A DNA stretch of 64,000 nt from contig JALVSY010000007.1 in the NCBI GenBank assembly GCA_027036135.1, forward strand, positions 4,880 through 68,879, given 5' to 3'. Position 1 is the stretch's first letter; every line of letters starts with the position of its first letter. The notes beneath the pieces were generated by a model that made no database searches, was not told where the DNA came from, and saw nothing but the letters and a program-made list of their open reading frames with translations. This DNA comes from Pyrodictiaceae archaeon (lineage in GTDB: Archaea > Thermoproteota > Thermoprotei_A > Sulfolobales > Pyrodictiaceae). Both the position numbers and the translations under genes were made by a program. Positions 30,988 through 42,183 of the stretch are shown here, one piece after another.

Positions 30988-31389
30988 TTGGCAGAGACAT
31001 ACGAGGACATGATAAGAGAGTATCTAGGCGAGCTAGGGATAACCGAGATACCAGTAGAGATAATCGGTAGCGACGAGGAGCTAGACAAAGCAGTATGCCG
31101 CCACAAGGTAGCAGCAATACTCTTCAGTAGCCCCACTTGCCCCGCATGCGCGGCCTATCGGCCGATATTCTACCAGTACGCGGCCGAGGCCAAGAAGAAA
31201 CACGGGGAGGAAAAAGCGGGTTTCTATGAGGCCAACGTCTACGATGTATTGGAGAAGGCGTGGGAGCTAGGGATAACGGCTACGCCGACAACAATAATCT
31301 TCAAGAACTGCAAGCCCGTGGACGCTATAGTAGGGCTTGTTGACGAGGGCTCGCTAGCCTACATTGTTGAGCAATATATAGAGGAGTAA
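30988..31389 (+). CDS. Thioredoxin
   Basis: FSSPTCPAC and GITATPT. Confidence 0.9.
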   Translation: MAETYEDMIREYLGELGITEIPVEIIGSDEELDKAVCRHKVAAILFSSPTCPACAAYRPIFYQYAAEAKKKHGEEKAGFYEANVYDVLEKAWELGITATPTTIIFKNCKPVDAIVGLVDEGSLAYIVEQYIEE

Positions 31390-31444
31390 TGAGTGCACTG
31401 CCTCATAGAGGTTATGGAACTCCTTCTATATGGGATGATTTTCG

Positions 31445-32716
31445 TTATTTTTGTTGCCTTGTTCTTAGCTTCTTGGTTGTAGTTGACCAGGCCAGTACTA
31501 TGCTTGCCGAGAGCACCTCCATGATCATCATTGCTGTATAGCTAGCTGAGTACCCGTGGCCGCTGGCTAGTGCGCCGAGAAGCGTCGAGCCTATGAAGCC
31601 CCCGGCGTCGAACCCGAGCGTATATATTGATAGCACCGTGTTCCTCACGGCCCGCGGCGTATTGGTTACTATGAGTAGTTGCTCGCTGGGAGCCACTAGG
31701 CCGAACCCAGCGCCGTAGAGAGCGCCAACAAGGTATATCGCTGGAGGAGCAACGCTTATGCGGAGAACACCTAGCCCCGTAACTATCGAGGCGTACCCGG
31801 CGAGCATGAGCATGGGGCAGCCATAGCGGGACGCGAGCCTAGAGACAGAGAGCCTCGAGGGAAACCCGGCTAGGCCGTTGAGAGCCAAGGCTAGCCCGAA
31901 GACAGCCGCCGGGTAGCCGAGGTCGCGTAACTCTGCCTGGGGCAGGGACTGGAAGCCCATGAATACAGCCCCGTCTATAATAGGTGCAACAGGGACAATA
32001 GCCCATAGGCTCCTTGCGCTGCTCAAAGCTTCTCGAAGCAACGTGGAGCGCCGGGTCTTCTCCACAGGCTTCTCTAGGAAGAGGAGAGCTGAGAGAAGCG
32101 CTGCCAAGCCGCCATTAGCAGAGCCGTAGAGAAACCCTGCTGCATAGCCATAGTGATCGACCAGCACCCCTGATATGAAGGGGGAAATGCTCGAAGCAAG
32201 CGCTATCGCGGCGCTCCTTGCGGAGATAGCGCGGCTAGCAGAGACCCCAGGGATCACGCTTGCAGCAAAGATGCTCGGGGCCACAAAGAACGCTAGCCCC
32301 AGGCCCTGCAACGCCCTAGCCAGCGCAACACCTAGGATACTGTGGCTCGCGGCAGCAACGAGCCCGGATACGAGTATCCATACACTACCCAGCACCATGA
32401 AGGGGCGTGCACCGACGCGGTCAGCTCCAACACCCACAGGGATGCGCGAAACAGCCGAAGCCAGTGGCGCTAACGAGAAGACAAGCCCAACACTAGCGAC
32501 GCTAAGCCCGAGGAACCGCGCATAACGAGCAATAATAGACGTAATAGCAATTAACCCCGAGAAGAACAAGTAGGAGGACCCAACAAGTAACCAGAGACCA
32601 CGACTACCACGCACCCCCTCATGCCCAGGGAAGCAGGCCCGCGGAGAAGGGGATAGAAAAACATAGAGCAAGGCAGAACACGCAAGAGTCGTCACGGCTC
32701 TGGGTAGTATGGGCAT
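31445..32716 (-). CDS. MFS transporter
   Basis: About 12 TM with GxxADRVGAR motif; the true start is probably downstream. Confidence 0.9.
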   Translation of the reverse strand: MPILPRAVTTLACSALLYVFLSPSPRACFPGHEGVRGSRGLWLLVGSSYLFFSGLIAITSIIARYARFLGLSVASVGLVFSLAPLASAVSRIPVGVGADRVGARPFMVLGSVWILVSGLVAAASHSILGVALARALQGLGLAFFVAPSIFAASVIPGVSASRAISARSAAIALASSISPFISGVLVDHYGYAAGFLYGSANGGLAALLSALLFLEKPVEKTRRSTLLREALSSARSLWAIVPVAPIIDGAVFMGFQSLPQAELRDLGYPAAVFGLALALNGLAGFPSRLSVSRLASRYGCPMLMLAGYASIVTGLGVLRISVAPPAIYLVGALYGAGFGLVAPSEQLLIVTNTPRAVRNTVLSIYTLGFDAGGFIGSTLLGALASGHGYSASYTAMMIMEVLSASIVLAWSTTTKKLRTRQQK

Positions 32717-32807
32717 TTTTAGCGATGATTCATTGGAGCCCTATGGTGCTATGATGCTTTTACAGTATAAAGCATCCCTTATGGATTTGGTAGCAAAGTA
32801 GGGGTTT

Positions 32808-33119
32808 ATGAGAAGGTGTTGTAAGAGTAGGAAAGAGGGCAAGATCGTCTTGCAAAAACAGTCGCTTGGAGACATAATCAAGGATATTAAGAGAGAATTA
32901 GCAGCTATGACGCCGCTTATGGAGACACTAATAGACTTGATGATGATCTCTGAGGTCTGGGAGGAAAACGGTTACATTCATGTTATTGCGTGGGTACCGG
33001 ACCTAGTAGAGGGCAAGCCAAGGTATCGTAGAAAGCACATAGTCTATGATGTTGCTGGCAAGCGTATAGTAAGGGTGATAGAGGCTGAAAAGGAGGAAAC
33101 AGTACAAAAGGCGGTTTAG
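32808..33119 (+). CDS. Hypothetical protein upstream of the PIN pseudogene
   Basis: 103-aa ORF overlapping the PIN remnant. Confidence 0.55.
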   Translation: MRRCCKSRKEGKIVLQKQSLGDIIKDIKRELAAMTPLMETLIDLMMISEVWEENGYIHVIAWVPDLVEGKPRYRRKHIVYDVAGKRIVRVIEAEKEETVQKAV

Positions 33120-33575
33120 GGGAGCACTAGTTCTCGATACTGGTCCATTACTAGGCCTTTTATCCCTACATACAGCCCTTAGGCTGTGCTCTTGACGAGC
33201 TAGGTGCCTTAGTAGAGAAACTATATGACAAACTGCTCGGCTTTAGCCTTGTCTCCTCATGGCCTGTATTTACAGAGGCTCTCCACATTCTCGAGAATAG
33301 GTGCCGTCTCGAAGCGAAGAGACTACGTGGAGAAGCTTAGCGCGATAAAAGCTCTCCTAGCAATGGTAAAGGAGGAGACCATAGATCTTCACGAGGCACT
33401 ACGGAGACTAGCGCCAGGCGTTGATTTAGCCGATGCAGCACTCATCGGTTTACTAGAAAGGAGCCAAGGGCTATACACGCTACTAACCCACGACTATTCC
33501 CTAGCTAGGCTTGCTCGTCACCAAGGCCTACAAGCATTAACTACTTGGGAGCTACTAAGCCTCCTAGGCGGCTAA
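33110..33575 (+). pseudogene. PIN-domain pseudogene
   Basis: LVLDTGPL is disconnected from VDLADAALI...LLTHD. Confidence 0.7.
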
Positions 33576-33595
33576 GAACTACATGCACTAGTGCC

Positions 33596-34174
33596 TTATT
33601 CTCCCAGCTTCTCCTCCAATCTCTGTAGCGCGTCCTCGTGGCTCCGGGTCCATTTGCCCCGCTTCTCTAGTTGGGGTTTCAGGTACTGCTTCGTTGTCCT
33701 TAGTAACTCTCTTAGAAGTGCCTCGATGTCATATACTGCTTCCAGCCTATCCCGGTACTTGCTTAGCTCTAGGTCCGGGTCCGGGCCGTGGTGTTGGTAG
33801 TCGTGTAGATCAAGGGCTATAGCTGTGTAGGCAACTAGGCCACGGCGCCTGGTAGCTTTCTCGAGTAGTTGTGCTAGTTGTCTTAGCCTAGTAGTGGGTA
33901 TTCTCGGTATTGCTCTCTCGCTTAGCCATCTCTTCTCCTTCTCACCTAGTCCCTGTGCTATCTTTTCCCTCTCTAGCATAACTAGAGCCCCTATTAGTGC
34001 TCGCCAGGCCTGGAATGCCTTCCCGGCAGCATTCCTTGTGTAGCCTTGCTCTAGGAACCCGAGCGCTATGAGGGCCTCCAGTAGAGCTTCGAGGGAGCGG
34101 GCAGAGGCGTAGCCAGTAGGGTCTCCCCGGGGCTTCGGTAGCGGCTTCTCTAGCTGCTCAGCGCTTAGATCCAA
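33596..34174 (-). CDS. PaREP1 family protein
   Basis: RNAAGKAFQAWRA, PTTRL and LHDYQHHGPD. Confidence 0.88.
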   Translation of the reverse strand: MDLSAEQLEKPLPKPRGDPTGYASARSLEALLEALIALGFLEQGYTRNAAGKAFQAWRALIGALVMLEREKIAQGLGEKEKRWLSERAIPRIPTTRLRQLAQLLEKATRRRGLVAYTAIALDLHDYQHHGPDPDLELSKYRDRLEAVYDIEALLRELLRTTKQYLKPQLEKRGKWTRSHEDALQRLEEKLGE

Positions 34175-34404
34175 TGACTATCCTACCTCCCGTATCCACT
34201 ACTGCTGTATCACTTAATGAATACTATTCTTGCACCTTGTTTCTAATCATGTTGCTTGCTGAGACCTTTATCGTCCATGTGTTGTTCGTGTAGTAATGTA
34301 TTTGTGAAAAAGAGCGTGTTTCTCGCAGCCTTGGTGATTCGTGGGAAAAACTTGGTGTATAGCGCGGGGGTAAACTTGGGGGGCTTGCTACTCTTCTCTC
34401 CGTA

Positions 34405-35352
34405 TTACTGGCTTGTTCCTAGTACGCGTTTTGCTAGCGAGACTAGTATCTGGCTCTTACTGTTACCGTGTTGTCGGGGATGATGGGTCGGCGATGGTAG
34501 TGGCTGGGGTATGTACTCTACTCCTGGCCTATTGTGCGGCGCCTGTGGGTAAAGCTCCATTAGCTCGTAGACCTCTGGCGGCACATCGGTGTTCACAGGT
34601 AGTCCTAGCTCCTTGGCCTTCTCAAGAGTTATTGGGTAGTCGTGGGTCCACCTACCCTCAGTGAGTATCCTTGCTAGCTCCTTGGCTTTCTCCTCGCCCA
34701 TCCTATCCTTTAGTAGCTCTACTATGGTTTCCTGCATCTCCTTGATGGCTTTCTCCGCTACATCCGCCACTATCAACGTGGTGTCTGCTGCCTTGTCCTT
34801 TTTCATCTGGGCTACCTTGACTATGCTCGGTGCTGGCATCACGGGTCCCTGGGGCCCCAGGGCTAGCTGTGGGTCAAGTGGGCCAAGCACGGCGTTCGGA
34901 TCCATGCGTATCTCGTCGGCGGCCAGTGCTATCAGGGTGCCGCCACTCATCGCGTAGTGCGGGACAATTACTATCTTCTTGCCAGGGTGCCTCTTGAGAG
35001 CCATTGCTATCTGGCTAGCAGCGAGCACTAAGCCACCCGGCGTATGCAGTATGAGCGCTATCGGCTTATCCGGTGGCGTCGTCCTTATCGCGCGGAGCAC
35101 CGCCTCCGAGTCATCAATGTCTATGAACCGTTGTATCGGTATACCGAAGAACGATATCCTCTCCTCCCTATGGATCATCGTTATTACTCGCCAGCCATAC
35201 TTCCGCTCCATCTCCCTTATCACGGCGAGCCTAGCAGCCTTTAGGCGGCGCAGACTCATAATGGGCTCCAGCATCGCTATTAGGAATATCAGCCAGAACA
35301 GCCACCAGATAACATCTCCAAAGCCGTAACCCGGAGCAGCGGTTCCCGCCAA
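34405..35352 (-). CDS. SDH-family ClpP-fold serine protease
   Basis: LHTPGG, PHYAMSGGTLIALAAD and WTHDYPI. Confidence 0.92.
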   Translation of the reverse strand: MAGTAAPGYGFGDVIWWLFWLIFLIAMLEPIMSLRRLKAARLAVIREMERKYGWRVITMIHREERISFFGIPIQRFIDIDDSEAVLRAIRTTPPDKPIALILHTPGGLVLAASQIAMALKRHPGKKIVIVPHYAMSGGTLIALAADEIRMDPNAVLGPLDPQLALGPQGPVMPAPSIVKVAQMKKDKAADTTLIVADVAEKAIKEMQETIVELLKDRMGEEKAKELARILTEGRWTHDYPITLEKAKELGLPVNTDVPPEVYELMELYPQAPHNRPGVEYIPQPLPSPTHHPRQHGNSKSQILVSLAKRVLGTSQ

Positions 35353-35516
35353 GACAACCAGCCTCTAACTATATAGCCTACTTGTTGGAGATATAAGCAA
35401 ATTACTCTGGAATCAAAAGAACTAGTTATACACACCCCTATCACGCGGAGCGAGAACACGATACAATCATAGACCCCGGGGAAAGATAGCTAGGGTTCCG
35501 GAGGCACTAAGCAGGT

Positions 35517-35976
35517 ATGCCGAGGATAGCGGTCCTTGAGGACGCTAAGCGAAGAAGCACTGGGCTATCGAGGGAGCAAAGAGAGAAAGCAATACAAATA
35601 ATAACAAATGCTCTCTGTAGACGGGAGGGAATAATCCTAGCAATCGTCTTCGGCGGGGTGCTCGTGGAGGAGAAACCTATCCGTGACATAGACGTCGCTA
35701 TCTACACGGGCTACAGGGTGAAGCCAAGCGAGTGGCCCAGCTACGTTGACGAGCTGCGCACTGTGCTTGAGAAAGAGCTGCACCAGGGCCTGGGGCTGCG
35801 AAAAAGCTGTGGACGTGGCTCTCCTGGAGTATGCGCCGCCTAGGCTACGGGCAACAATACTCAAAGAGGGACGAGTAATAATCGATCGCTCCCCGGGGCT
35901 CCGGGCCCTATTGCTCCTACGCTCACTAGACGATGCCAAGGCCATGGAAAGGGTTCGCAAAAGGCTAAAGCGATAA
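35517..35976 (+). pseudogene. MNT nucleotidyltransferase, frameshifted
   Basis: FGG...RDIDVA in one frame and VDVALL...APP in another. Confidence 0.75.
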
Positions 35977-36170
35977 GAGCAGAGCGAAGACGCTATTACT
36001 TAGTAAATAATACGGCCTAAGGGAAGAAGATTCCATAAAACAAGGGGTGTTGCCTAGGCTGGTGGGTGTGATTATACGTTGTTTTGGAGAGTAGCAAGGG
36101 AATACATTATTGTCTTGTATCTCTGGCCTTATTAGTCCGCGGTAATATAGTATTGAAGGGATGTATTGTC

Positions 36171-36539
36171 TTGAGTGCTCGGTTGTACCGGGAGCTTGTT
36201 GCACGTGCTAAGCACTTCTACAAGATTAGTGGGTACGATGTACGCGAGGGCCGTTACGATATCGCCTTGTTTCATCTCGAGCAGGCTGCTCAGCTAGCCC
36301 TCAAGGCTTATCTCCTCCGAGAGGTCGGGGATTTCCCTCGCGTTCATAGCCTCTACGACCTAGTAGAGGTTAGCGGTAATGATTGTTTGAGGAGGCTTGC
36401 CGAGAAGTACTGGTACGTAATAGATATACTCGACGACGCCTATACCGGTTCCAGGTACTTTGTGCGCCGCTACGGAGAGAAGGAGTACACGGCGGCGAAG
36501 AGGTTTGTAGAGGAGGTGTTTAGATGCACGGGTATCTAG
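36171..36539 (+). CDS. HEPN domain protein
   Basis: YDIALFHLEQAAQLALKA...PRVHSL...SRY; TTG start at 36171. Confidence 0.88.
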   Translation: MSARLYRELVARAKHFYKISGYDVREGRYDIALFHLEQAAQLALKAYLLREVGDFPRVHSLYDLVEVSGNDCLRRLAEKYWYVIDILDDAYTGSRYFVRRYGEKEYTAAKRFVEEVFRCTGI

Positions 36540-36841
36540 AGTTTCTGCGAAAGAGGCGACGCGACCTAGAGGAGAACCTCGACAAGTACCTTTTGGCTCT
36601 GAAGAGGCTTGCTGAGCGCTATGGCGGCAGAGCCTATCTCTTTGGCTCGGTGCTCAGCGGCGAGGCGATAGCAGCGAGCGATGTTGATGTGTTGATAGAG
36701 GTTCCCGATAATGTTGATAGGCTAGGAGTTCTCCACGAGGCCCGCAGACTTGTACCTAACACACTCGTGGAAATACACGTGCTCAACGCCTCCGACGCTG
36801 AGGTGTTCAAGAGGCTCGTTAAGAGGATAAAACCACTCTAA
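36524..36841 (+). CDS. MNT nucleotidyltransferase
   Basis: YLFGS...SDVDVL...EIHV. Confidence 0.9.
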   Translation: MHGYLEFLRKRRRDLEENLDKYLLALKRLAERYGGRAYLFGSVLSGEAIAASDVDVLIEVPDNVDRLGVLHEARRLVPNTLVEIHVLNASDAEVFKRLVKRIKPL

Positions 36842-36926
36842 GCCTTTTACGAGGCATAGTGTCTCTAATAGAGTACCTTCTGTTTCCAAGGCTCTCCGGG
36901 TCAACCTAGTTACCGGGGATACGGCC

Positions 36927-37369
36927 ATGGTCTCGTCTGTTGAGGAGTATAGGTTGCTCCTAGCGAGGAGCAAGATGATGCTGGAAGAGGCCCGGGATGC
37001 TCTGAGGAAGAAGAGATACGACGTAGCAGTATTCCTGGCTGAGCAAGGCCTCTAACTCTACCTAAAGGCCCAGCTCTATCGCCTACTAGGCGAGTATCCC
37101 GGAACCCATGGTATTAGGCGCCTACTTGCTCTTCTCGCGGAGAGCCTTGGGGCAGGGCCGAGGAGGAGATAGCCAGGTTTTCTAGGGAGAAGAGACCCTT
37201 CCTCTCAGAGCTTGAAGACGTCTATATCGTTGCTCGCTACACGCCTAGGACATATACAGAGGAGGATGCGCGAGACATACTCGGGCTCGTAGAGGAGGTA
37301 ATAGGGCTTGTCGAGAAACTTCTACGAGCTAGTACTAGAGGTGGCGAAGGAGAACGGGAAGCTGCTTAG
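36927..37369 (+). pseudogene. HEPN pseudogene
   Basis: YDVAVFLAEQGL*LYLKA with a TAA at 37053 and later frameshifts. Confidence 0.8.
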
Positions 37370-37652
37370 GAACTGGAGAAACCTAGCCAAGCAAGTAGCA
37401 AGAGCGGTGAAGGAGATATACCCGGGGGCCAGGGTCTTTGTTACTGGTAGCGTTGTACGCGGAGAAGCAATAATGGGTAGTGACATAGACATAGTGGTTG
37501 CACTACCCCATGAACCAGGGCCAAGGGAGGCAGCAAGAATAATAGCCCATATATGGGAGCGCCTAAGCCTACCAGACACTCATCCCATTGAGATACACGT
37601 AGTCTCCGAGAAACAACTAAACAAGTACAAAGAACTCATAGAGATAGAATAA
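37308..37652 (+). CDS. MNT nucleotidyltransferase
   Basis: TGSVVRG...SDIDI...IEIHVV. Confidence 0.88.
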   Translation: MSRNFYELVLEVAKENGKLLRNWRNLAKQVARAVKEIYPGARVFVTGSVVRGEAIMGSDIDIVVALPHEPGPREAARIIAHIWERLSLPDTHPIEIHVVSEKQLNKYKELIEIE

Positions 37653-37887
37653 CATTTAGTGGGGACGGACAAAGGTAATTGTCTAAGGAAACTGTTTTAC
37701 CCGTTTAGGTAATCTGTTTTCGAGCCCATCGACTAGTTAATGTACTATAGTATATATCGAGGTGTTAGATACTGAGAAGATTTTGTACCAAGAGATTACT
37801 GATAGTACTCCTAACTATTATTTAGATATTAGACAAGATACTTAGAGGCAGTATTCGGTTCTAATTGTAGTTTGGGGGTGCTAAGGC

Positions 37888-38085
37888 TTGTCTAAGGCGA
37901 TTAGGGCTAGGTATGAGAATGGCGTCCTGAAGCCGCTTGAGCCCTTAGAGCTTAGAGAAGGCGAGGAGGTAACAATAAGAATAGAGAGAAGTCTACGTGA
38001 GAAATTAAAAGACCTCATTGGAGCGCTAGGCAGGTCTAGTGACGAGGAGCTTGAAAGATACCTAGATACTTTATATAAGCACTAA
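37888..38085 (+). CDS. AF2212-like (DUF104) antitoxin, orphan
   Basis: IRARYENGVLKPLEPLELREGEEV. Confidence 0.88.
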   Translation: MSKAIRARYENGVLKPLEPLELREGEEVTIRIERSLREKLKDLIGALGRSSDEELERYLDTLYKH

Positions 38086-38117
38086 TGCGGTTATCCCTGG
38101 GAATGGCTTGATAATCC

Positions 38118-38486
38118 TTGGCTGGGTGTGCTTGGTCTGGTAGGATAAAGGCATTGTTAGCTAGGCTTGGTGCCTCGTCCCAGGGTGGTCTCGCTGAGCT
38201 TGTGTGCGGCCTTGACGACTCTGTAGCGTTTAGTATTGTCGAGTTACTGGATCTTGTTGCGAGGTATAGGGCGGCTCCGAGCGGGGCTCGTGGAGAGATA
38301 GGCTCTAGTATACTGAGCTCCTTGATGGAGCTTTACTGGGTTACTCGTGGCGTCTATGGAGCCGGGCTCCCGGCTGAGCTTCACCGCGCGGTGAACAAGC
38401 TACTCCGGGGCGACGAGGAGGCAGTAGGGGGGATAGTAGCGGCTGTAGGGGAGCTAGTGAAAAACCTTGCTGGGAGGGGAGGCTAG
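38118..38486 (+). CDS. Hypothetical protein
   Basis: 122-aa helical ORF. Confidence 0.5.
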   Translation: MAGCAWSGRIKALLARLGASSQGGLAELVCGLDDSVAFSIVELLDLVARYRAAPSGARGEIGSSILSSLMELYWVTRGVYGAGLPAELHRAVNKLLRGDEEAVGGIVAAVGELVKNLAGRGG

Positions 38487-39913
38487 CCTCCGAGGGTTAT
38501 TATTTTCTCGTAGAACCAGTTCATGGTATTGCAGCTCTTTGGCTCCTTCTCGGTGAAGCACTTGCCCCAGCATTTTGTGCTACATCCCCATAGCTCGTTT
38601 CTGCCCCAGCGTACTCCTGGTGGTACCTTGGTCTCTACGGGCCCTATCTTCTTGCCGCTTGCCGGGTCTATGGTGTAGCCTCTTATGGGTCCCGTGAAGG
38701 GCTCGAAGAGTAGCTCCTTCATGTCCTCGTATAGCCTCTTTATCTCATCCACTGCCTTCGCTGGTATAACCTTGGTGTTTATCGGGGCTAGGTAGACCGC
38801 TCCCTCGTGCTTGCCAGCAGTGGAGTACTGTATGGGTCTCCTCCACCTTATTGGGACGAAGTCGCCTATCCTTGCCCATACATCCTCCTTCTCAGCAACA
38901 CCGGTTATCTTCTTAGCGAGCAAATAGATATAGATGGGGCCCCAGTCCGCGACCTGGCCTGTCAAGTGGTGCTCCACGACCTTCTTAGCTATAGGCGAGG
39001 AGGCTCCCTTGCCCTTGGTGAAGTACTCGAGCATGTTGCTGTAGTGGCTGAAGCTATAGGCGCCGTATTCCGCCGCTGTCTCGAGCACTGCGGTTGAGTC
39101 CTCAGTATAGGCCAGGACATCAACATTGTATTGGTTAATAAGCATGGCGGCGTACTCGTGTGCCTTGCTTGGGTTAAACCAGGCACGGAGTGGTGCAGTG
39201 ACGTAGATCTCCAGCTTCTCACCATTACCGCACTTGCCCATGAGCTTGGCGCCATGTACAGCGCCCATAGCGAAAGCGTTTATATCCCTAACAACCTCAG
39301 GCGTCAAGAACGCTGGTACATAGCCTACTTTGCAAGTCTTAGTGACAGCGCCGGCGGCTATGCCATTGAGGTAGTAGAGCTGATAGAACTCAGCAAAATA
39401 CGTCGCGACGTTCGGCAAGTCCTTAAACATCTCCCAGGGCCCGCTACAGTGATAGAACATGATGTTGGGGAACTCGGGAGCAAGCCTCCGAACAGCATCT
39501 ATGAAGTCAAAGCTGGTCGCGAAGACAGCGTCTATCTTCTTCTCCTCCAGTATCGGCTTAACCCTGTCATACGCCTCCGAGCCAGGCACGTTCTCGATAT
39601 AATACGTCTCTATGAACCTGCCTAGTGCTTTTTGAGCCTCTCTACGCCCCACATCATGTGCATGCGTCCAACCATAATCCCCAATAGGCCCGACGTAGAT
39701 CCAGAGGGCCTTGAGCTTCCTACCAGTACTGCTTACCACCGTCTTTGTAACGGTTTTCGTAGTAGCTGCACCGCTTACAGTCTTGGTCACAGTACGAACC
39801 GAGGAACTTTTTACAGCATATCCTGCTCCAGCACCAACGGCTAGCCCAATAATACCGGCGCCGAGGAGCTTAAGGAACTCTCTCCTAGAGGACAAGGCCC
39901 CAACTACACCCAT
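38483..39913 (-). CDS. BMP-family ABC substrate-binding protein with Tat signal
   Basis: SRREFLK Tat motif, Thr linker and IYVGPIGDYGWTHAHD. Confidence 0.9.
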   Translation of the reverse strand: MGVVGALSSRREFLKLLGAGIIGLAVGAGAGYAVKSSSVRTVTKTVSGAATTKTVTKTVVSSTGRKLKALWIYVGPIGDYGWTHAHDVGRREAQKALGRFIETYYIENVPGSEAYDRVKPILEEKKIDAVFATSFDFIDAVRRLAPEFPNIMFYHCSGPWEMFKDLPNVATYFAEFYQLYYLNGIAAGAVTKTCKVGYVPAFLTPEVVRDINAFAMGAVHGAKLMGKCGNGEKLEIYVTAPLRAWFNPSKAHEYAAMLINQYNVDVLAYTEDSTAVLETAAEYGAYSFSHYSNMLEYFTKGKGASSPIAKKVVEHHLTGQVADWGPIYIYLLAKKITGVAEKEDVWARIGDFVPIRWRRPIQYSTAGKHEGAVYLAPINTKVIPAKAVDEIKRLYEDMKELLFEPFTGPIRGYTIDPASGKKIGPVETKVPPGVRWGRNELWGCSTKCWGKCFTEKEPKSCNTMNWFYEKIITLGG

Positions 39914-40520
39914 GAAGACCCCGAGGCCCCGGTGCGACTAATAAGCCGGTTCTCAAACAATTGAATACAAGCATTTTACGACAATAATAATAAAAACAAC
40001 GAAGCCCAGCACCATAAAAGCCGATTACTATGCATTATGCATTTGCTTTAGTCACCGATAGCGAGAAGAAAGGCCTAGTTATAGACAAGTATGGGGCTCA
40101 GAGATTGTTAAAAGATGCTACCTCGTGGTTTCTTGCTCTTGCCTTAGCTCTAGAAGATAGTCAATGCCTATGAGGATGTATATTATTCCCCATAGGGGGT
40201 CTAGGCTTAGCTCGCTTAGCGCCTTGTATGCGAAGAGTGCTGCGAGGAGTATGTAGAGGGTTCTCCGGAGCCCTATACATCCCAGCCCCTAGCCATGACT
40301 AGTGCTCACCTCTCCATCTCGGCCTATGCTATAGGTGTAACTTAGTTGTATGTTGTGTAGTTTTTCTTAACCTGACCTAGTTCTCTGATATGGCGAGTCT
40401 CCCCTTATTCTATTAGCGGGTATTACTTGGAACTGTATCTATACATTGGCTCTGCTCCCTCGTATACCTATATATAGTGGCTCCTTTGCTCCACTCTAGC
40501 CCAGGAGGCTGGTTCACGAG

Positions 40521-41039
40521 ATGGAGTTCTCGACCGCGAAGATACTCGCCATAATAGGTCTCATACTCGGGCTCGTCGGGAGCGGGCACGCAGCACTAGC
40601 AACCATAGGCCTAGTAATATACCTCATAGGCATGTACGGGTTAGCGGAGCACTATGGTAGAAACGAGCTCTTCCAATACGCGCTCTACGCCACGATAGGA
40701 ATGATAATAGCGATAATAGCAGCGGCAGCGATAATAGGAGTAGGGGTATTAACGGGCACGTTCACGCATGGCTTTAGCATAAGTGCTAGCATGGTCATCG
40801 GCTTCATAATACTATACATAGGTGTCCTCATAGCCGGCAAGTATAACCGAGACCTAATGCAAGCCCTAAGCGACTACGGCGACAAAGGCCTAGCAAACCT
40901 ATCGGCGAAGCTATACTGGTACGGCGCCATACTAACCATAATACTAGTAGGCGCATTCCTAGTATTCATCGCCGAGATACTAGAGGTAATAGTGCTAGCA
41001 ACACTGCGCGAACAAGCACCAGCAACCTACCAGCCCTAA
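40521..41039 (+). CDS. DUF996-like membrane protein
   Basis: AKILAIIG...LYWYGAILTIILVG pattern; GGAGG RBS. Confidence 0.8.
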   Translation: MEFSTAKILAIIGLILGLVGSGHAALATIGLVIYLIGMYGLAEHYGRNELFQYALYATIGMIIAIIAAAAIIGVGVLTGTFTHGFSISASMVIGFIILYIGVLIAGKYNRDLMQALSDYGDKGLANLSAKLYWYGAILTIILVGAFLVFIAEILEVIVLATLREQAPATYQP

Positions 41040-41225
41040 GAAAAGAGAACCCATGGGCCGCTCCTAGAACGGGATTCTCCTAGAAGTTATCCGGGATAGA
41101 GCCCTTAGGGTCTCACTGGCTGTTTTTACTGTGCATAGGAGCGACCGATAGGCCCATGTATATACTCGGTCTTCTCTCGGCCTGAGCAAAGTATGGAGAT
41201 GGGGAGGAGGGAGGAACGGCTAGGG

Positions 41226-41495
41226 TTAGAGCTTCTCCCACATCTCTGGGCATCTCTCTCTTGCCCCCCTCAGTAGTTCTCTTGAAGGATAGCAGCTCGT
41301 CCGCCCCTTACCATGACTCTTGCATATAATGAGCCCCTTCTTCTCGAGCCACCGTATGGTCTTCGAGAACCTATTCCCTGGTAGGCGGGCAAGCCGCCGA
41401 ATAGCCTCCAAAGGGGCATGGCAGCTCGGGGTCGCGCAAAGCTCGTAGAGAGCACACATCACGGCCATTACCTCATCGCGTGAAGGCTTACCCAC
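41226..41495 (-). CDS. Small Cys-containing winged-helix protein (copy 1)
   Basis: LCATPSCHAPLEAI...LEKKGLI..KSHG; paralog of 42154-42462. Confidence 0.7.
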   Translation of the reverse strand: MGKPSRDEVMAVMCALYELCATPSCHAPLEAIRRLARLPGNRFSKTIRWLEKKGLIICKSHGKGRTSCYPSRELLRGARERCPEMWEKL

Positions 41496-41688
41496 GTCGC
41501 ATCCTCCTTCTTACTAAGGCCATGAGGATAAATATTCCGGCCGGAAAACCTTATTTCCGGCCACTCCGGTGCATACTTAGCCTGGAACCGCCCCAGGGGG
41601 AGAGGACACAGGCTATTCGCGGATCCTTAGAACTACATACTCTCGTTGCCCCTGGGGGCTCCACGATACTGAGAGGCAATGGTGGTCC

Positions 41689-42183
41689 GTGTTGGAGGTT
41701 GCAGCCGAGAGAGTGGCTGAGAAGAGCGAGCTAGAGGAGGTACTTGGCCCGGTAGAGCCTCCGAAGCCCCTGGAATGGGTCCCTGTAATAGCTAGCCTGG
41801 GTATTGAGAGGAAGCGTGTCAGGCTACGTAGTGGCGAGACCCGGGTCTATGAGAGCTACCGGGTGAGGCTACCCAAGGAGGTTGTTGAGAAGCTAGGTCT
41901 CCGAGGAGAATCAACAGTGCTCCTTCAAGTAGCCCGGCCCCGCTGGTACCACCTCCTAGACTACAGGGAAGAGCCCCTCCGCACCAGGTTCAAGCAAATA
42001 AAGAAGCCATGGATAAAGGCAGAGATATGCCTCCTAGGCCTCGCCCCCCAGGATCTATGCAATGACTATAAGACAATCACAGTCATAGCCTCCGAGCAGG
42101 AGCTACGGGAACTAGGACTGGAGCCAGGCAAGCCAATAACGCTCAGAGAACTACTAGAGAGGGCTAGAAGCATGAGAGGCTGA
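41689..42183 (+). CDS. AbrB/MazE-like swapped-hairpin protein with C-terminal extension (copy 1)
   Basis: SGETRVYESYRVRLPKEVVEKLGL; paralog of 42551-43042. Confidence 0.75.
   Translation: MLEVAAERVAEKSELEEVLGPVEPPKPLEWVPVIASLGIERKRVRLRSGETRVYESYRVRLPKEVVEKLGLRGESTVLLQVARPRWYHLLDYREEPLRTRFKQIKKPWIKAEICLLGLAPQDLCNDYKTITVIASEQELRELGLEPGKPITLRELLERARSMRG

Noticed and set aside
35854-35868. ACAATACTCAAAGAG resembling the array 3 repeat
   Set aside because: A single partial match inside a coding frame (ATILKEG); probably chance.
40117-40290. Short hydrophobic minus-strand frame (LYILLAALFAY...)
   Set aside because: No canonical start after the upstream stop, so it cannot be supported as a gene.
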